DNA of 64,000 nt from Ascidiella aspersa (taxonomy: Eukaryota): contig OZ004608.1 in NCBI GenBank assembly GCA_963924565.1, forward strand, positions 23,560,001-23,624,000, written 5' to 3'. Each line of letters opens with the position of its first letter. The stretch's first letter is position 1. Of the stretch, positions 55,701 through 64,000 are shown one piece after another. The position numbers and the translations under genes were made by a program. Under the pieces are notes generated by a model. The model searched no databases, was not told the DNA's origin, and worked only from the letters and a program-made list of their open reading frames with translations.

Positions 55701-58700
55701 GCTTTGCTCAAGCGGACACAAGGATGACGCCAACTTGACAAGTAAATCCACCCACAAATCGGAACGCAAGTTCAGGTCTGCTTTACACTGTCGATTGGAT
55801 TCTGTTGATTCGATGCACGCATCACGCGACACAAATTGTGAGTCCCTTTCCGAGGATTCCAGTGCTGACTTCGACAACAACAAAATACAAGCGTTTGATG
55901 AAGTGGTGTACCGTGACCCGAAACCCTCGCTTGACGTACCGCGTTATAAACACGACCATAGAAAGTCGATGCCAATCTTTGATGAGGTTATGAGATACGC
56001 ACAACCGTCATATAAGAGTAGCTTAGCGGCAAGTGAGATTACTTGCATGGGATCGGACAGCTTTATTAACAAATCTGTCTCGCGTTACCCCAAATACCAT
56101 CAACTGCTTGAAAATCGAAGTCATCGTCTTGATCTTTCTCTCACTGATTCGGAATGGGAAACTACAGTAGCTGGAAGTCGAAAAATTCTGCCTACCAGAA
56201 GCCAACATGGAAGGTCAACCTCTGGGTCATCTGATAACAAACAGTTACCGGAGGCAACACAAGAGACGGAATCTAACTCATATAAAACAAAATTGCAGCG
56301 ACGTCAGTTTAGCGGACTTTTCACAAAACAAAGTTGGGGTTCTCAAAGCAAATCGGAGTCTAGTCAAGGTTCGCAGAGTGTTTCTTCCATTGAGTTTGAA
56401 ACCCGGAAATTGGACGAAGACGGAGATCGGGCTAACACATACCAAGCGCTTCACCAAATGTATTCAGGCGAAATGTTACAAAGCACTAAACCCGCGGATT
56501 CACGGGAAAACAAAAGCAGATTAAGGGCGCCACCCCCGAGGCTTCTCATAAACACTGGTAAATCTACCACTGTTGACGTCGCCGGGTCGTCAACTGATGA
56601 TGTTTCGACAGACATTGAAATGCTTGATTTAGGACCTGCCTAGGTTTTATTATTTCATTTGCTTTTAAACTTGGAGGAAATATCACATTTCTTGATTATT
56701 ATTGTAATATGTTTCACTATTGCTGCTCGTTTTACGAGTAACACAGTTTTAAAGAATAGTAACTGTTTTGTTTGGCTTTTGGGTATATTTTGATGCTAAA
56801 AAAGACGATTTTAAACAAAACTACTAACCGCTGCAGTTTTGGTAGCTTGTGGACCCTTTGCCATCTGTATGGGTTGTTGCTGGACATTTATAGCACGATT
56901 GTTGCCCCGTCTTAAACTGATATGTGTTTAGAGGACAAGGGTAGCAAGGCTCTATGCCAGTCCAGGAGGCTTGACCAGCAGTACAAAGAGCTATAACACA
57001 ACACATAAAAATGTTTAAAAAATCAGCAAGTTAAAAAAGGGTGTAGCATATTTAACTATAAGAAGGCTAGACTAGAGATGCGATCGATCTATCTTTAAAA
57101 TAAGGATGTCTGTAAAAAGAGATTTCCATAGCAAAACGATAAAAAAAAAAATTAAAAAAAAAATTAGATAATATAAAATGACTTGCATTTACAGTTTCCC
57201 TTTGTTAAGAATTAGACAAAATAATTCTCAAAAATACAAACAATAATTTTATAAGATGCCTTGAACATAAGGATAAATCTAAGAATTAAGGACAATATGG
57301 AAGCTGATCTTATTGACTTGTTTGTATCTGTAGACAACCGACCCGAACCTATAGCACTTAATTTAAAACTGTCCCAAAAGCCACTTGATTCATTTGCCAA
57401 CATCGATATTAGCCTAATTAATTAAACAACTCGAACTTAAATCGGTGCATAAATAACGAATATATTGCTTCATAACAAATGGACCCTTCGATGGGTCATT
57501 AAAAAACATTTTTTGTGAGAATGCCTGTTGAGATATTTTTTCCAGTCAGCCAAAAAGTTTGGCCTACTTACGACCGCATTCCTGGTATGAACTGGTTCCA
57601 GTGGCTGTTGTTCCAGTTTCTGGGGGGCACAAAGTACATTCCACTTCACCAAATACGTCACTATAGGTGTGTACTGGACAGGCGATGCAAGTCTCAAGTC
57701 CGTTGTGTGAGTGTGTACCAGGCGCACACAGATCTAAAAAAATAATGTCATTAACTCTGCATGGAAATATAAGAAATAATGGAATTTAACTATGTGCTCA
57801 AAATGTTTTACTGTTAAATTTTTTTTTTTGGATATGTAGCCTATTTTCGAAATGAAACTAAATCGCGCTGTTGGCAACAAAATGTTATCATCCTAAAGTC
57901 TAAGGGCTTACAAAAATACCGACTCACCTTTGCATTCTGCCCTGGATCGTGCATGAATGCCAGGCGTGGAAGTGTCGTCGGGACAAGCCTTACAGGATAA
58001 TTGCGCTTCAACATCCTGATAATACCCTTCAGCACAACTTACACATTCCGCCGTTGTGACGTCATAGAAAGTGCCGATTGGACAATTTACTGTAATGGAA
58101 TAAAACAAAGCGTTGTTTCCTTGAGTAGCCTACTGCAATTCAGTACTATGCCTATTAGTACCAGATTTTTATCGTCGTTAAAGTTAAAATTTTGTAGATG
58201 TACGTAGAAAATTTGGCGCTAGTCTAGAATCCTACCTCAGCGTTGAAACGATATTAAAGCAACGCACATTACTTGGGTGTTGGTGGGTTAAGTATTATTA
58301 TATTTATTATTTAATAATATTGCTTAACCTACCCAAACCTAAACGCTAACCCAAATAATATTTGTTTTGGTAGGATTCTAAACCAGCGCCGAGAATTGTC
58401 AACCATGTTTATTTTTTGCAAAGTTTAACCAACTAAGTAAATGAATTTTTGCTGGTTAATCGTGCATGAATTTTTGCTGGTTAATCGAATCTTAATTATT
58501 TTTATATTGTATCCGAGATAATTTTTCTAAAAAAATCGTTATGGCCCAAAGGCGTCGTGCGTCTCATAGCACCCTCGATTTCAAAGTTTTGGCAACTTAT
58601 ACAAGATATTACATTTTTTTCACTTTGCGCGAACCGATAACATCTATGTTACGTAGCTTTTGTATATAAAGTACCTAACATATTTTCAACCAAAAACGTT

Positions 58701-61700
58701 AACAAAATAAACCTTTAGTGTAGTTTTGTTTAGGTACTTTATTCTGACGTCACGTTTATATGTACCTTTCTGACGTCACATAATGACGAACGTCTCATCT
58801 CACGGTCATAGGAAATGTCTCATATAATTTAAATTTTAAACAGTTCACTTTCTTTTAGCTTTTTGTTGGCATTACTTAATAACTTTTAGACTTTGAATTT
58901 GTTTAGAATGTTTTGTTTGTTAATTGCTACTTGATGGCAAGCTTTTGTAACAAATTTACTTCATTTGTAGTTTCTACATTTGCAGGTATTTTTAAGATTT
59001 CTATGTTGTTAGAAAAAAATCGTTTCAACATCTACAGCAGTAGTGCCAGTGGAATAAGTGGATCTAAAATTTTTATTCGCGGCACACTTTCTAAAAAAAC
59101 AGCAATTTTCTAATGAATTAGCCTTAACACATGGCAAGACAAGTCAACGTATTAAAATTACCAGTTTTCTGATGGACTATGTGCATTCAAGTCCAGCATG
59201 CTTGCTCGCATTTTTGTGATTTTTATTATTGTTTATCGCCGTTTACCACAACGTTAGCAATAGCAGCTGACATGTTCAAATGGTCTGGCCAAAGAGATTA
59301 TAACCATGAGTACAAACTGTGACGCAGCCCATTGTTCTACTTTCGACAGCGTTCCCCCAATGCATATAATCTTTTTGGCCCGGCTAATAAAAAATTACGA
59401 AAATTCCGTCGTTAATATTATTGCGCATTTGACTTTATTATGCAGATGGTCTTAATACTATTGTTTTAACGATTTTTCTGCTTAAGGTTTTGTTGCTTTT
59501 TATTTTTAGGTCTTATAGTCCAAGACTCCAAGCTATAACAATTGCCACGTTATGGTAAACCGCATTAAAAAGAAAATAAATTTTCGGCCCATATAATTAA
59601 CAAAAACATATTTCGCTCCATGAAGTATTGCTTTAAAACGTAAGGAAGGGGCGCATGATTTTTTCAAATAAAAGTATGGACGAGGCTATTAGACAAGCCG
59701 TTACAGAACTTGAAAATTCAAAGTACGGTAACGGTAGCTGGTCTAGAATTCTAACACATTTTCGTCCGGGGGTTATATTGCGGGTTAGGGTGAGATTTAG
59801 TGTTTGGGTCAAGTATTATTATTTTAAAAATTGACATATTTATATGCCTTTCCTTACAATTTTAACATTGACCACTTGTTTCCTTAATGTTAAATAAATG
59901 TGGTAGGATTGTAGACCTACCCCCCACCGGTCCATTGTGGTAGGATTCTAGACCAGCGCCCATTTTCCATATATGGAAGAATGGACCGGTCCCCAAAGTT
60001 CAATAAACGGCATTAGAATTAGTTTGCAACTAACAAATAACTTCAGCAAATTATTTGGGTTAGGGTGTCAGTTCGTGTTTCAGTGAGTGTGGGTCAATTA
60101 TTATTATATATATTTTTAAAACTATTGCTTAACCTACCTAAAAGCTAACCCAAATAATGTTTGTTGTGGTAGGATCTAGACCAGCGCTGAATTTTTCCAA
60201 CCCGTTGACCGACCTTGAATTCGGGCGCTGGTCTAAAATCCTACTACATTTTTGTCTGGGTGTATAATATTTCCCAATGCTGTAAAATAGTGTAGTGTAG
60301 CCACTAGCCAGACACCGTTGAAAAAAGCATCAGTCAATTGAGTGTGATTGATTTCCAACAGGCCACATTCTTGTGTGAATGTTTATGTTACCAGTCATCA
60401 CATTAGGAAAAAATGGTAAAATGATTTTTAGCAGGAAATTTCAGAAGACATATTGAGCTGAACAATATCAGCAAATTTTAGAAAGCTGTATTTCGCCATA
60501 TATTTGACTGATTTTGGCAAAAAGTTTTAGCTTGACAGACACTGGTGGTTTTATTTAACCCTGACACACAATTAAGATCAGTAAGATATAGACTGTTTTG
60601 CTACCTATACTTTGTCCTATTAAAAGTTCAAATAGATTATTAAGAACTAGCACAGTCTGGTTTGTTATATTAGTACATAATTAAAAAGTTGGGCATTTTT
60701 CTCTTTTTAGTTGCTCAGTATGTACAAAATTGCAGACTTGTTGAAATGCATTAAATCGCAGGTGCACAAAACATCGTCGTGCTTACAGTTTTCTGTAGTT
60801 GTTCATTTATAGCTTGTCAAATTGTAATTTTATTTCAGCTAGCCACATGTTCAGAAGTAGGTTTTGCCGTAAAATTTTAATCTGCATAAACATCTCCCAT
60901 GAAATATCCGAAGGTTCCATCTGGTCAGTGTCTAATAAAGGGCCATCTGCTTAAAAGGGTTGTTATTCATTTAAAATGATAATAGAGTGCTAGTTTTTAT
61001 TTATAGAACACATCATTTTACACTTTGTAAAAATGTTATAATCACAATAACTGCAGAAAGTGGTATAAATTAGTTCAATTACTGCAACACAATTTTTAGC
61101 TTATGTACTTCTGTTTTTTATTTATGATAACTAGGGCGATTGTTTTCATTGACTTCATTTACAAAATGCATAAAAATCATTTACAAAGGTTACAAAAGGA
61201 GCTCAGATTGGAGACTTTGGATTTCACATGGGGGAGACGATTTTGCAGCTTGAAATTGCGCGACTGTAATAATATTTCTTCCGAAATTTGTGTGTATGTA
61301 ATAATCTTATTTGTCAAATTTGCACCGCTGAAAATTAAGTACTGTACTGAAGTATTATACCTTCTTTAAAGCAACATACAGTATCAAGGGGCCGACAAAG
61401 TTAACCACACAGACCAGGTTTATTGTATTACATTCAGCTCAAGTATTTTGCTCCATTTTTCGGAATTGATTTCCAATTACCCCATTTACTATCTCAATAA
61501 TATGCCAGCTCTTTTTGATTTGCTATAAATATAAAAAATATAAGCATTTTTAACAGATTTGCATAAACCCAAGAAAAATAACAGATTTGTGTTATTTTTG
61601 TCGGGTTATCAGTAAAGCATGAAAAACAAGTGACTGACAATTCCAAGACACCAATCCAGTACTTTATACAACAAAACAGTGATTGAATTAAGTATTCCTA

Positions 61701-63850
61701 ATAGATACCCTAATTATTTTAATATTATTTGTCAAAATTTCTTATTTTTTTTTAGCTGAAAAAATGGTCACCCTAGTCCAGTGGTTCTTAACCTTTTTTC
61801 AGCCGCGCCACCCTTTGGTAATTTTCTCATGCCTTGCGCCCCCCTATGAAAATATTTCGACATTTTGCAATTAAATATCACTGAGAAAACAGGAAAATAG
61901 TAAAGGGTGGCACTGGTCGCACGAAGCGCGAAAAATTTTGAGTTTTATTTGGTCGAATTGGCTAAACTGCAACCGAAGAGGCATTTCGCATTGGGCACTC
62001 AACAAATTGCGCGAGCTCGACACATTGATTTTATCGAGCTGATTTTGACAAACGTGTTGCAAGGGCATTTACTCCACAGTTGTAAGAGTTATGATGTCGA
62101 GCACAGAAAATGTCAAGCGCAATATTAAACATTGCGTTATCGTGTTTCCAAAGATGTAACGACACACAATACAACGGCAATATTGCAAAAACAATATAGT
62201 TTCGCGCAAAAAAAGTTCGACTCCCCCTGTTGCTATAGCCTGTTATCATATATAAAATATGGATGGAAAATAGTCCGAAAGGGCGATAGCTTTTATCGTT
62301 TATCTATAAGTTAATTTAATAGGGCGGTGATACCGTTGATTTTCTAAAAGGGTGTTAGAAGATTGGCGCGCAGCGCGAAATTTTTTTCAGTTTTAATGTT
62401 AAAGTTGGCAAAAAACATAGTTTGTATGTAGGAATTATGCCTAACCCAAACGAAACCATTAAAATCACTGCAAAAAGTTAAAATATTGAAGTCGAGCTTG
62501 CGCCCCCTTAAGATTCCTTGGCGCGCCCCCCCCCCCGGTTAAGAATCGCTGCCCTAGTCATACAAATAGGTAAAAATTTGTTTGTGCTTGGTGATAAGTT
62601 GAATTAAACTAGGCCATGTCAGCCTTTAAACTGCTAAACTTACAAACATTTGATTTTAATTGTTTATAATTCGCAAAAGATTCGCAACTTGACAAGTTAT
62701 AAAATGTGGGCTGATTCAGGTGCAGGGTTCACTGCAATAGAAAGGCAGGTTAAATTGTTTGAGAAAGACAATTATGTAATTAGGAAATTTGCTTATATTT
62801 TTGGCGAGTTTGATTTTGAAAGGTCTGATGAGTGCAAAATTTTATAATAACTCGATAGGTGTGTGTACTTTTTACTCTATTGTTGTATACTAAGTATTGA
62901 AAATATACTTTTTTGGCTAAATACTTAGCACAAAGGTGCTTTCTGAAGTATTATGTAAATTTTGATTTGATATACAACTTCATTCGGATAAAGTAAATTA
63001 TATCATGTTGTGTCATAATTTTAAGACACCCTTTCTTAAAATATTCAAGCCTAATCAACTAAAAATCCTCCCTAGACAGATTATTGTAACTACTCTGGAA
63101 GTGAAAGATATCGATCCTGTGAAAGAAGTAATAACGTATAAATTTAAACTTTCATTTAACTTTCAACAATAAAAGATCATTTGTCTTCCGTATTCTAACT
63201 TGTTCCCAACCAAACAGTGTTTTAGAAAATGGCTGAATAAAGATAATATATCTAACCTATTGGTTTTGTTGTAGTTGCAGTAGTCCTCAAACCCCCAAAA
63301 TGTTTTGCTACCCAATTAGTTGACTAACCAAAAAACATTCAGTGGTATAAGATTGCCTTTTGTTTTTGTAGTGTAAATATATAAAAATGTTGTTAATATC
63401 AAATTCAATTTGCATATCGTACAACAATAAATGTAACAAGTTAAAATTTTATTAGTAAACGCTTTATTTTCCATGCATAGCTGCCTTGGATGGTTGCAGA
63501 CGGCAGTGCAACGAGAAACAGTTTTTTTCTCTTGCACTTTTTGTCATGTACCGTCTAAAACTCAGTAGTATAATCAATTTTTTAGGGTACTGAAAAGCCG
63601 CAAAATATTTAGTGCCAATTTTTGCCCTTTCAATGGTTTTAACCATAAAACTTTCTCTATCTTTTAGCTGCCTAAGCTAAGTACCCATGAGCTACTGTTG
63701 TTTTAGGTATATTTTTGTAGGTTTGTAGCTAAAAAGTTAAACCATGTTAGTTTTCCTCAAGGGAAATCTTTAAATTTACTCTATATTAAATAAAATACTT
63801 ACCACAAGTAGCTGCTTCACGTAACACAGCACCTAATGGGCATTTAAGTT
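1..63850 (-). CDS. SVEP1: SVEP1/polydom-like giant extracellular protein (partial at both ends; 78 exons in window)
   Basis: Domain order ephrin-receptor-like x3, EGF x6, pentraxin, CCP x2, cbEGF, long CCP array matches the central and C-terminal part of SVEP1. Exons in transcript order, all GT-AG and phase-consistent: 63803-63850, 57928-58089, 57572-57733, 56829-56990, 45757-45852, 45610-45684, 45401-45488, 45093-45232, 44551-44752, 43938-44095, 42239-42455, 41657-41898, 41239-41453, 40595-40789, 40274-40390, 39706-39835, 38964-39125, 38674-38832, 38413-38569, 37515-37633, 36424-36597, 35882-35998, 35578-35695, 35249-35408, 34258-34439, 34040-34170, 33648-33805, 32698-32947, 31982-32103, 31806-31911, 28308-28541, 27747-28017, 27397-27558, 26044-26238, 25619-25728, 25255-25422, 23000-23176, 22607-22693, 22037-22204, 20642-20913, 20336-20413, 19667-19788, 19061-19177, 18751-18935, 18320-18591, 17779-17923, 17396-17566, 16948-17087, 16143-16294, 15886-16019, 15460-15601, 14049-14283, 13254-13473, 12755-13000, 12098-12314, 11773-11948, 11218-11349, ~10854-10952 (donor ambiguous), 10723-10761, 9915-10058, 9655-9783, 8621-8909, 8027-8381, 7497-7659, 6983-7180, 6650-6814, 5797-5965, 4893-5438, 4379-4548, 3790-4201, 3349-3601, 2964-3117, 2611-2778, 1879-2106, 1240-1423, 563-690, 152-404, 1-62. 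Confidence 0.92.
7740..7980 (-). repeat. Rearranged (foldback) copy of the tRNA-like repeat
   Basis: Partial tRNA-like core at about 7857-7905. About 7817-7849 and 7910-7942 are inverted copies of each other. The left flank matches 43610-43690. Confidence 0.75.
9194..9635. mobile_element. hAT (Charlie-type) MITE
   Basis: TIR CAGTGGTTCTCAACC / GGTTGCGAACCACTG, degenerate 8-bp TSD ctttagag/ccttagaa. Internal sequence homologous to 50863-51242. Confidence 0.85.
13554..13853. mobile_element. hAT MITE
   Basis: TIR CAGTGCTTCTCA / TGAGAAGCACTG, perfect 8-bp TSD tgctaaat, subterminal gcgaccc motifs. Confidence 0.9.
21224..21956. mobile_element. Non-autonomous hAT-like element with a 5-bp TSD
   Basis: TIR CAGGGTTG / CAACCCTG, flanking direct repeat ctgat, multiple subterminal ctcgcc/ggcgag motifs at both ends. 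Confidence 0.8.
23636..23967. mobile_element. hAT MITE (diverged)
   Basis: CAGTGATTTTTAACC ... GGTTGAGAACCACTG, subterminal cggcacc/cggcgcc motifs, degenerate TSD. Confidence 0.75.
26335..26530 (-). repeat. Diverged copy of the tRNA-like repeat
   Basis: Cloverleaf-like core at 26410-26480, with both flanks alignable to the 42.5-kb copy. Confidence 0.75.
26742..26921 (-). ncRNA. Candidate structured Pol III-type small RNA (180 nt), family unrecognised
   Basis: GC-rich island in an AT-rich intron. TATAAATA begins 28 nt upstream of a G start, the 5' end GGGTTTCG pairs with the 3' end TGAGACCC, and TTTTT follows. Nested internal stems present. Confidence 0.4.
29217..29372 (+). pseudogene. Truncated C2H2 zinc-finger ORF (probable transposase N-terminus remnant)
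   Basis: [41 protein letters not shown]: one complete C-x4-C-x12-H-x3-H finger and the start of a second, then an early stop. Confidence 0.6.
29687..31148 (+). CDS. Transposon accessory gene, 3' four exons (resembles the SAMD3-like C-terminal domain of animal EnSpm accessory ORFs)
   Basis: Exons 29687-29831, 30024-30087, 30424-30589, 31049-31148 splice in frame (TPFIVVLG...[26 protein letters not shown]...KRKRK...stop). AATAAA at about 31163. 5' exon not identified. Confidence 0.65.
30148..30180. repeat. (TA)n microsatellite
   Basis: About 16 TA units with one interruption, inside an intron of the transposon gene. Confidence 0.9.
39226..39575. mobile_element. hAT MITE (diverged)
   Basis: CAGGGTTTCTTAAACT ... 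AGTTTAAGAACTCCTG, subterminal ggaccc motifs. Confidence 0.75.
41239..42455 (-). CDS. SVEP1: SVEP1-like pentraxin domain exons
   Basis: GTPFSYA..., [21 protein letters not shown]...[37 protein letters not shown] is a pentraxin signature. Three exons. Confidence 0.93.
42525..43826 (-). repeat. tRNA-like-gene-containing repeat, head-to-tail tandem units of about 345 bp, interrupted by a hAT MITE
   Basis: Cloverleaf at 42637-42710 (GCCTGCATAGCTCAGTTGGTAGAGC...GTGAGTTCGAACCTCACTGCAGGC) with A and B boxes. The unit restarts at 43709 (tagtacacc...ccatcgcagactcgccgaatctgtcgat), with a partial second cloverleaf at 43788-43826. Confidence 0.8.
42769..43565. mobile_element. hAT MITE inserted into the tRNA-like repeat
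   Basis: TIR CAGTGTTTCCCAAAC / GTTTGGGAACCACTG, TSD tgttagta/tgttaata, subterminal cgcgtacc motifs. Confidence 0.88.
43938..45852 (-). CDS. SVEP1: SVEP1-like exons encoding six EGF / Ca-binding EGF repeats
   Basis: Repeats of the type [68 protein letters not shown] across six phase-compatible exons. Confidence 0.92.
46862..56643 (+). CDS. Nested antisense gene: LRR single-pass transmembrane receptor-like protein (about 1,274 aa; signal peptide, LRRNT, 10 LRR, LRRCT, S/T stalk, TM, long low-complexity tail)
   Basis: Exons 46862-47044 (in-frame upstream ATG at 46775), 47345-47558, 47827-48034, 48991-49126, 49586-49752, 49974-50196, 50296-50537, 53034-53080, 53719-53875, 54328-54381, 54450-56643. 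All GT-AG, total 3,825 nt (multiple of 3), no internal stop. Signal peptide [16 protein letters not shown], 24-aa LRRs (LxxLxLxxNxLxxLPxGVF), WRCDC cap, [26 protein letters not shown] followed by KRK. The two small exons and the last acceptor (alternatives at 54468 and 54477) are inferred from phase. Confidence 0.85.
50863..51242. mobile_element. hAT (Charlie-type) MITE, same family as 9194-9635
   Basis: Perfect TIR CAGTGGTTCTCAACC, TSD ctatagag. Confidence 0.9.
51251..52229. mobile_element. hAT non-autonomous element abutting the previous MITE
   Basis: CAGTGGTCCCCAA ... TTGGAGACCACTG, TSD ctatagag on both sides, subterminal ggggtcgc motifs. Confidence 0.88.
56829..63850 (-). CDS. SVEP1: SVEP1-like exons encoding three ephrin-receptor-like (GCC2/GCC3) Cys-rich repeats
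   Basis: A 48-nt exon ([15 protein letters not shown]) splices to three 162-nt phase 1-1 exons: [26 protein letters not shown]..., [20 protein letters not shown]..., [24 protein letters not shown]... Confidence 0.88.
58215..60260. repeat. Cluster of short foldback repeats with degenerate telomere-like motifs
   Basis: The 22-bp motif GGCGCTGGTCTAGAATCCTACC and its reverse complement bracket 58215-58390 and about 59735-59960, and recur at about 60168-60187 and 60225-60245. Internal gggttagggt / cctaaacgctaaccc. Confidence 0.65.
61779..62551. mobile_element. hAT MITE
   Basis: CAGTGGTTCTTAACC ... GGTTAAGAATCGCTG, perfect 8-bp TSD ccctagtc, subterminal gcgcccc motifs. Confidence 0.9.
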
Positions 63851-64000
63851 CTGGGTGTGAAGAGGTATAAGTATTGGGTTTGTACACAATGTAAATTTTC
63901 TTTGTCTTGTTTTTGTTGTAGACAGAATACCTAAACAGAAAAATATTGGTGGTTAAACAATTAAATCCTGCTTTGTGTAAATTGCATCTGCTTTTCTGCA

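Noticed and set aside
54552-56208. Minus-strand ORFs (107, 193, 65, 67, 60, 61 aa) as host exons
   Set aside because: Antisense shadows of the GC-richer tail exon with no SVEP1-type motifs. Host exons 56829-56990 and 45757-45852 already join in phase.
54577-56643. 688-aa ORF as a stand-alone intronless or viral gene
   Set aside because: The frame stays open upstream to phase-compatible acceptors (54450, 54468, 54477) and joins the TM exon of the LRR gene. It is that gene's last exon.
60260-61770. Possible further nested gene in the 5.7-kb intron
   Set aside because: Only short stop-interrupted frames with no recognisable motif or consistent exon chain. Probably decayed repeat sequence.

Overview
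Eukaryotic, AT-rich, intron-rich animal DNA. It is most consistent with an invertebrate chordate such as an ascidian, but that is inference. The whole window lies inside one very large minus-strand gene, an SVEP1/polydom-like extracellular matrix protein whose start and stop are both outside the window. I traced 78 phase-compatible GT-AG exons (about 13.5 kb CDS, about 4,500 aa). They encode 3 ephrin-receptor-like Cys repeats, 6 EGF, a pentraxin domain, 2 CCP, a Ca-EGF and then about 56 tandem CCP/Sushi modules, roughly twice the vertebrate array. Several modules carry large loop insertions, one with a furin site and Ser-Gly glycosaminoglycan sites on skippable exons. An 11-kb host intron contains a complete plus-strand 11-exon gene (about 1,274 aa) for an orphan LRR single-pass receptor with a roughly 760-aa low-complexity tail bearing SH3- and EVH1-type motifs. 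Other introns hold a 3-kb CACTA/EnSpm-type deletion derivative with a spliced accessory gene, many hAT-type MITEs, a tRNA-like repeat that appears to spread at the DNA level, and a candidate 180-nt structured Pol III RNA. Most entries in the ORF track are exon fragments, antisense shadows or chance ORFs. All coordinates were read manually.
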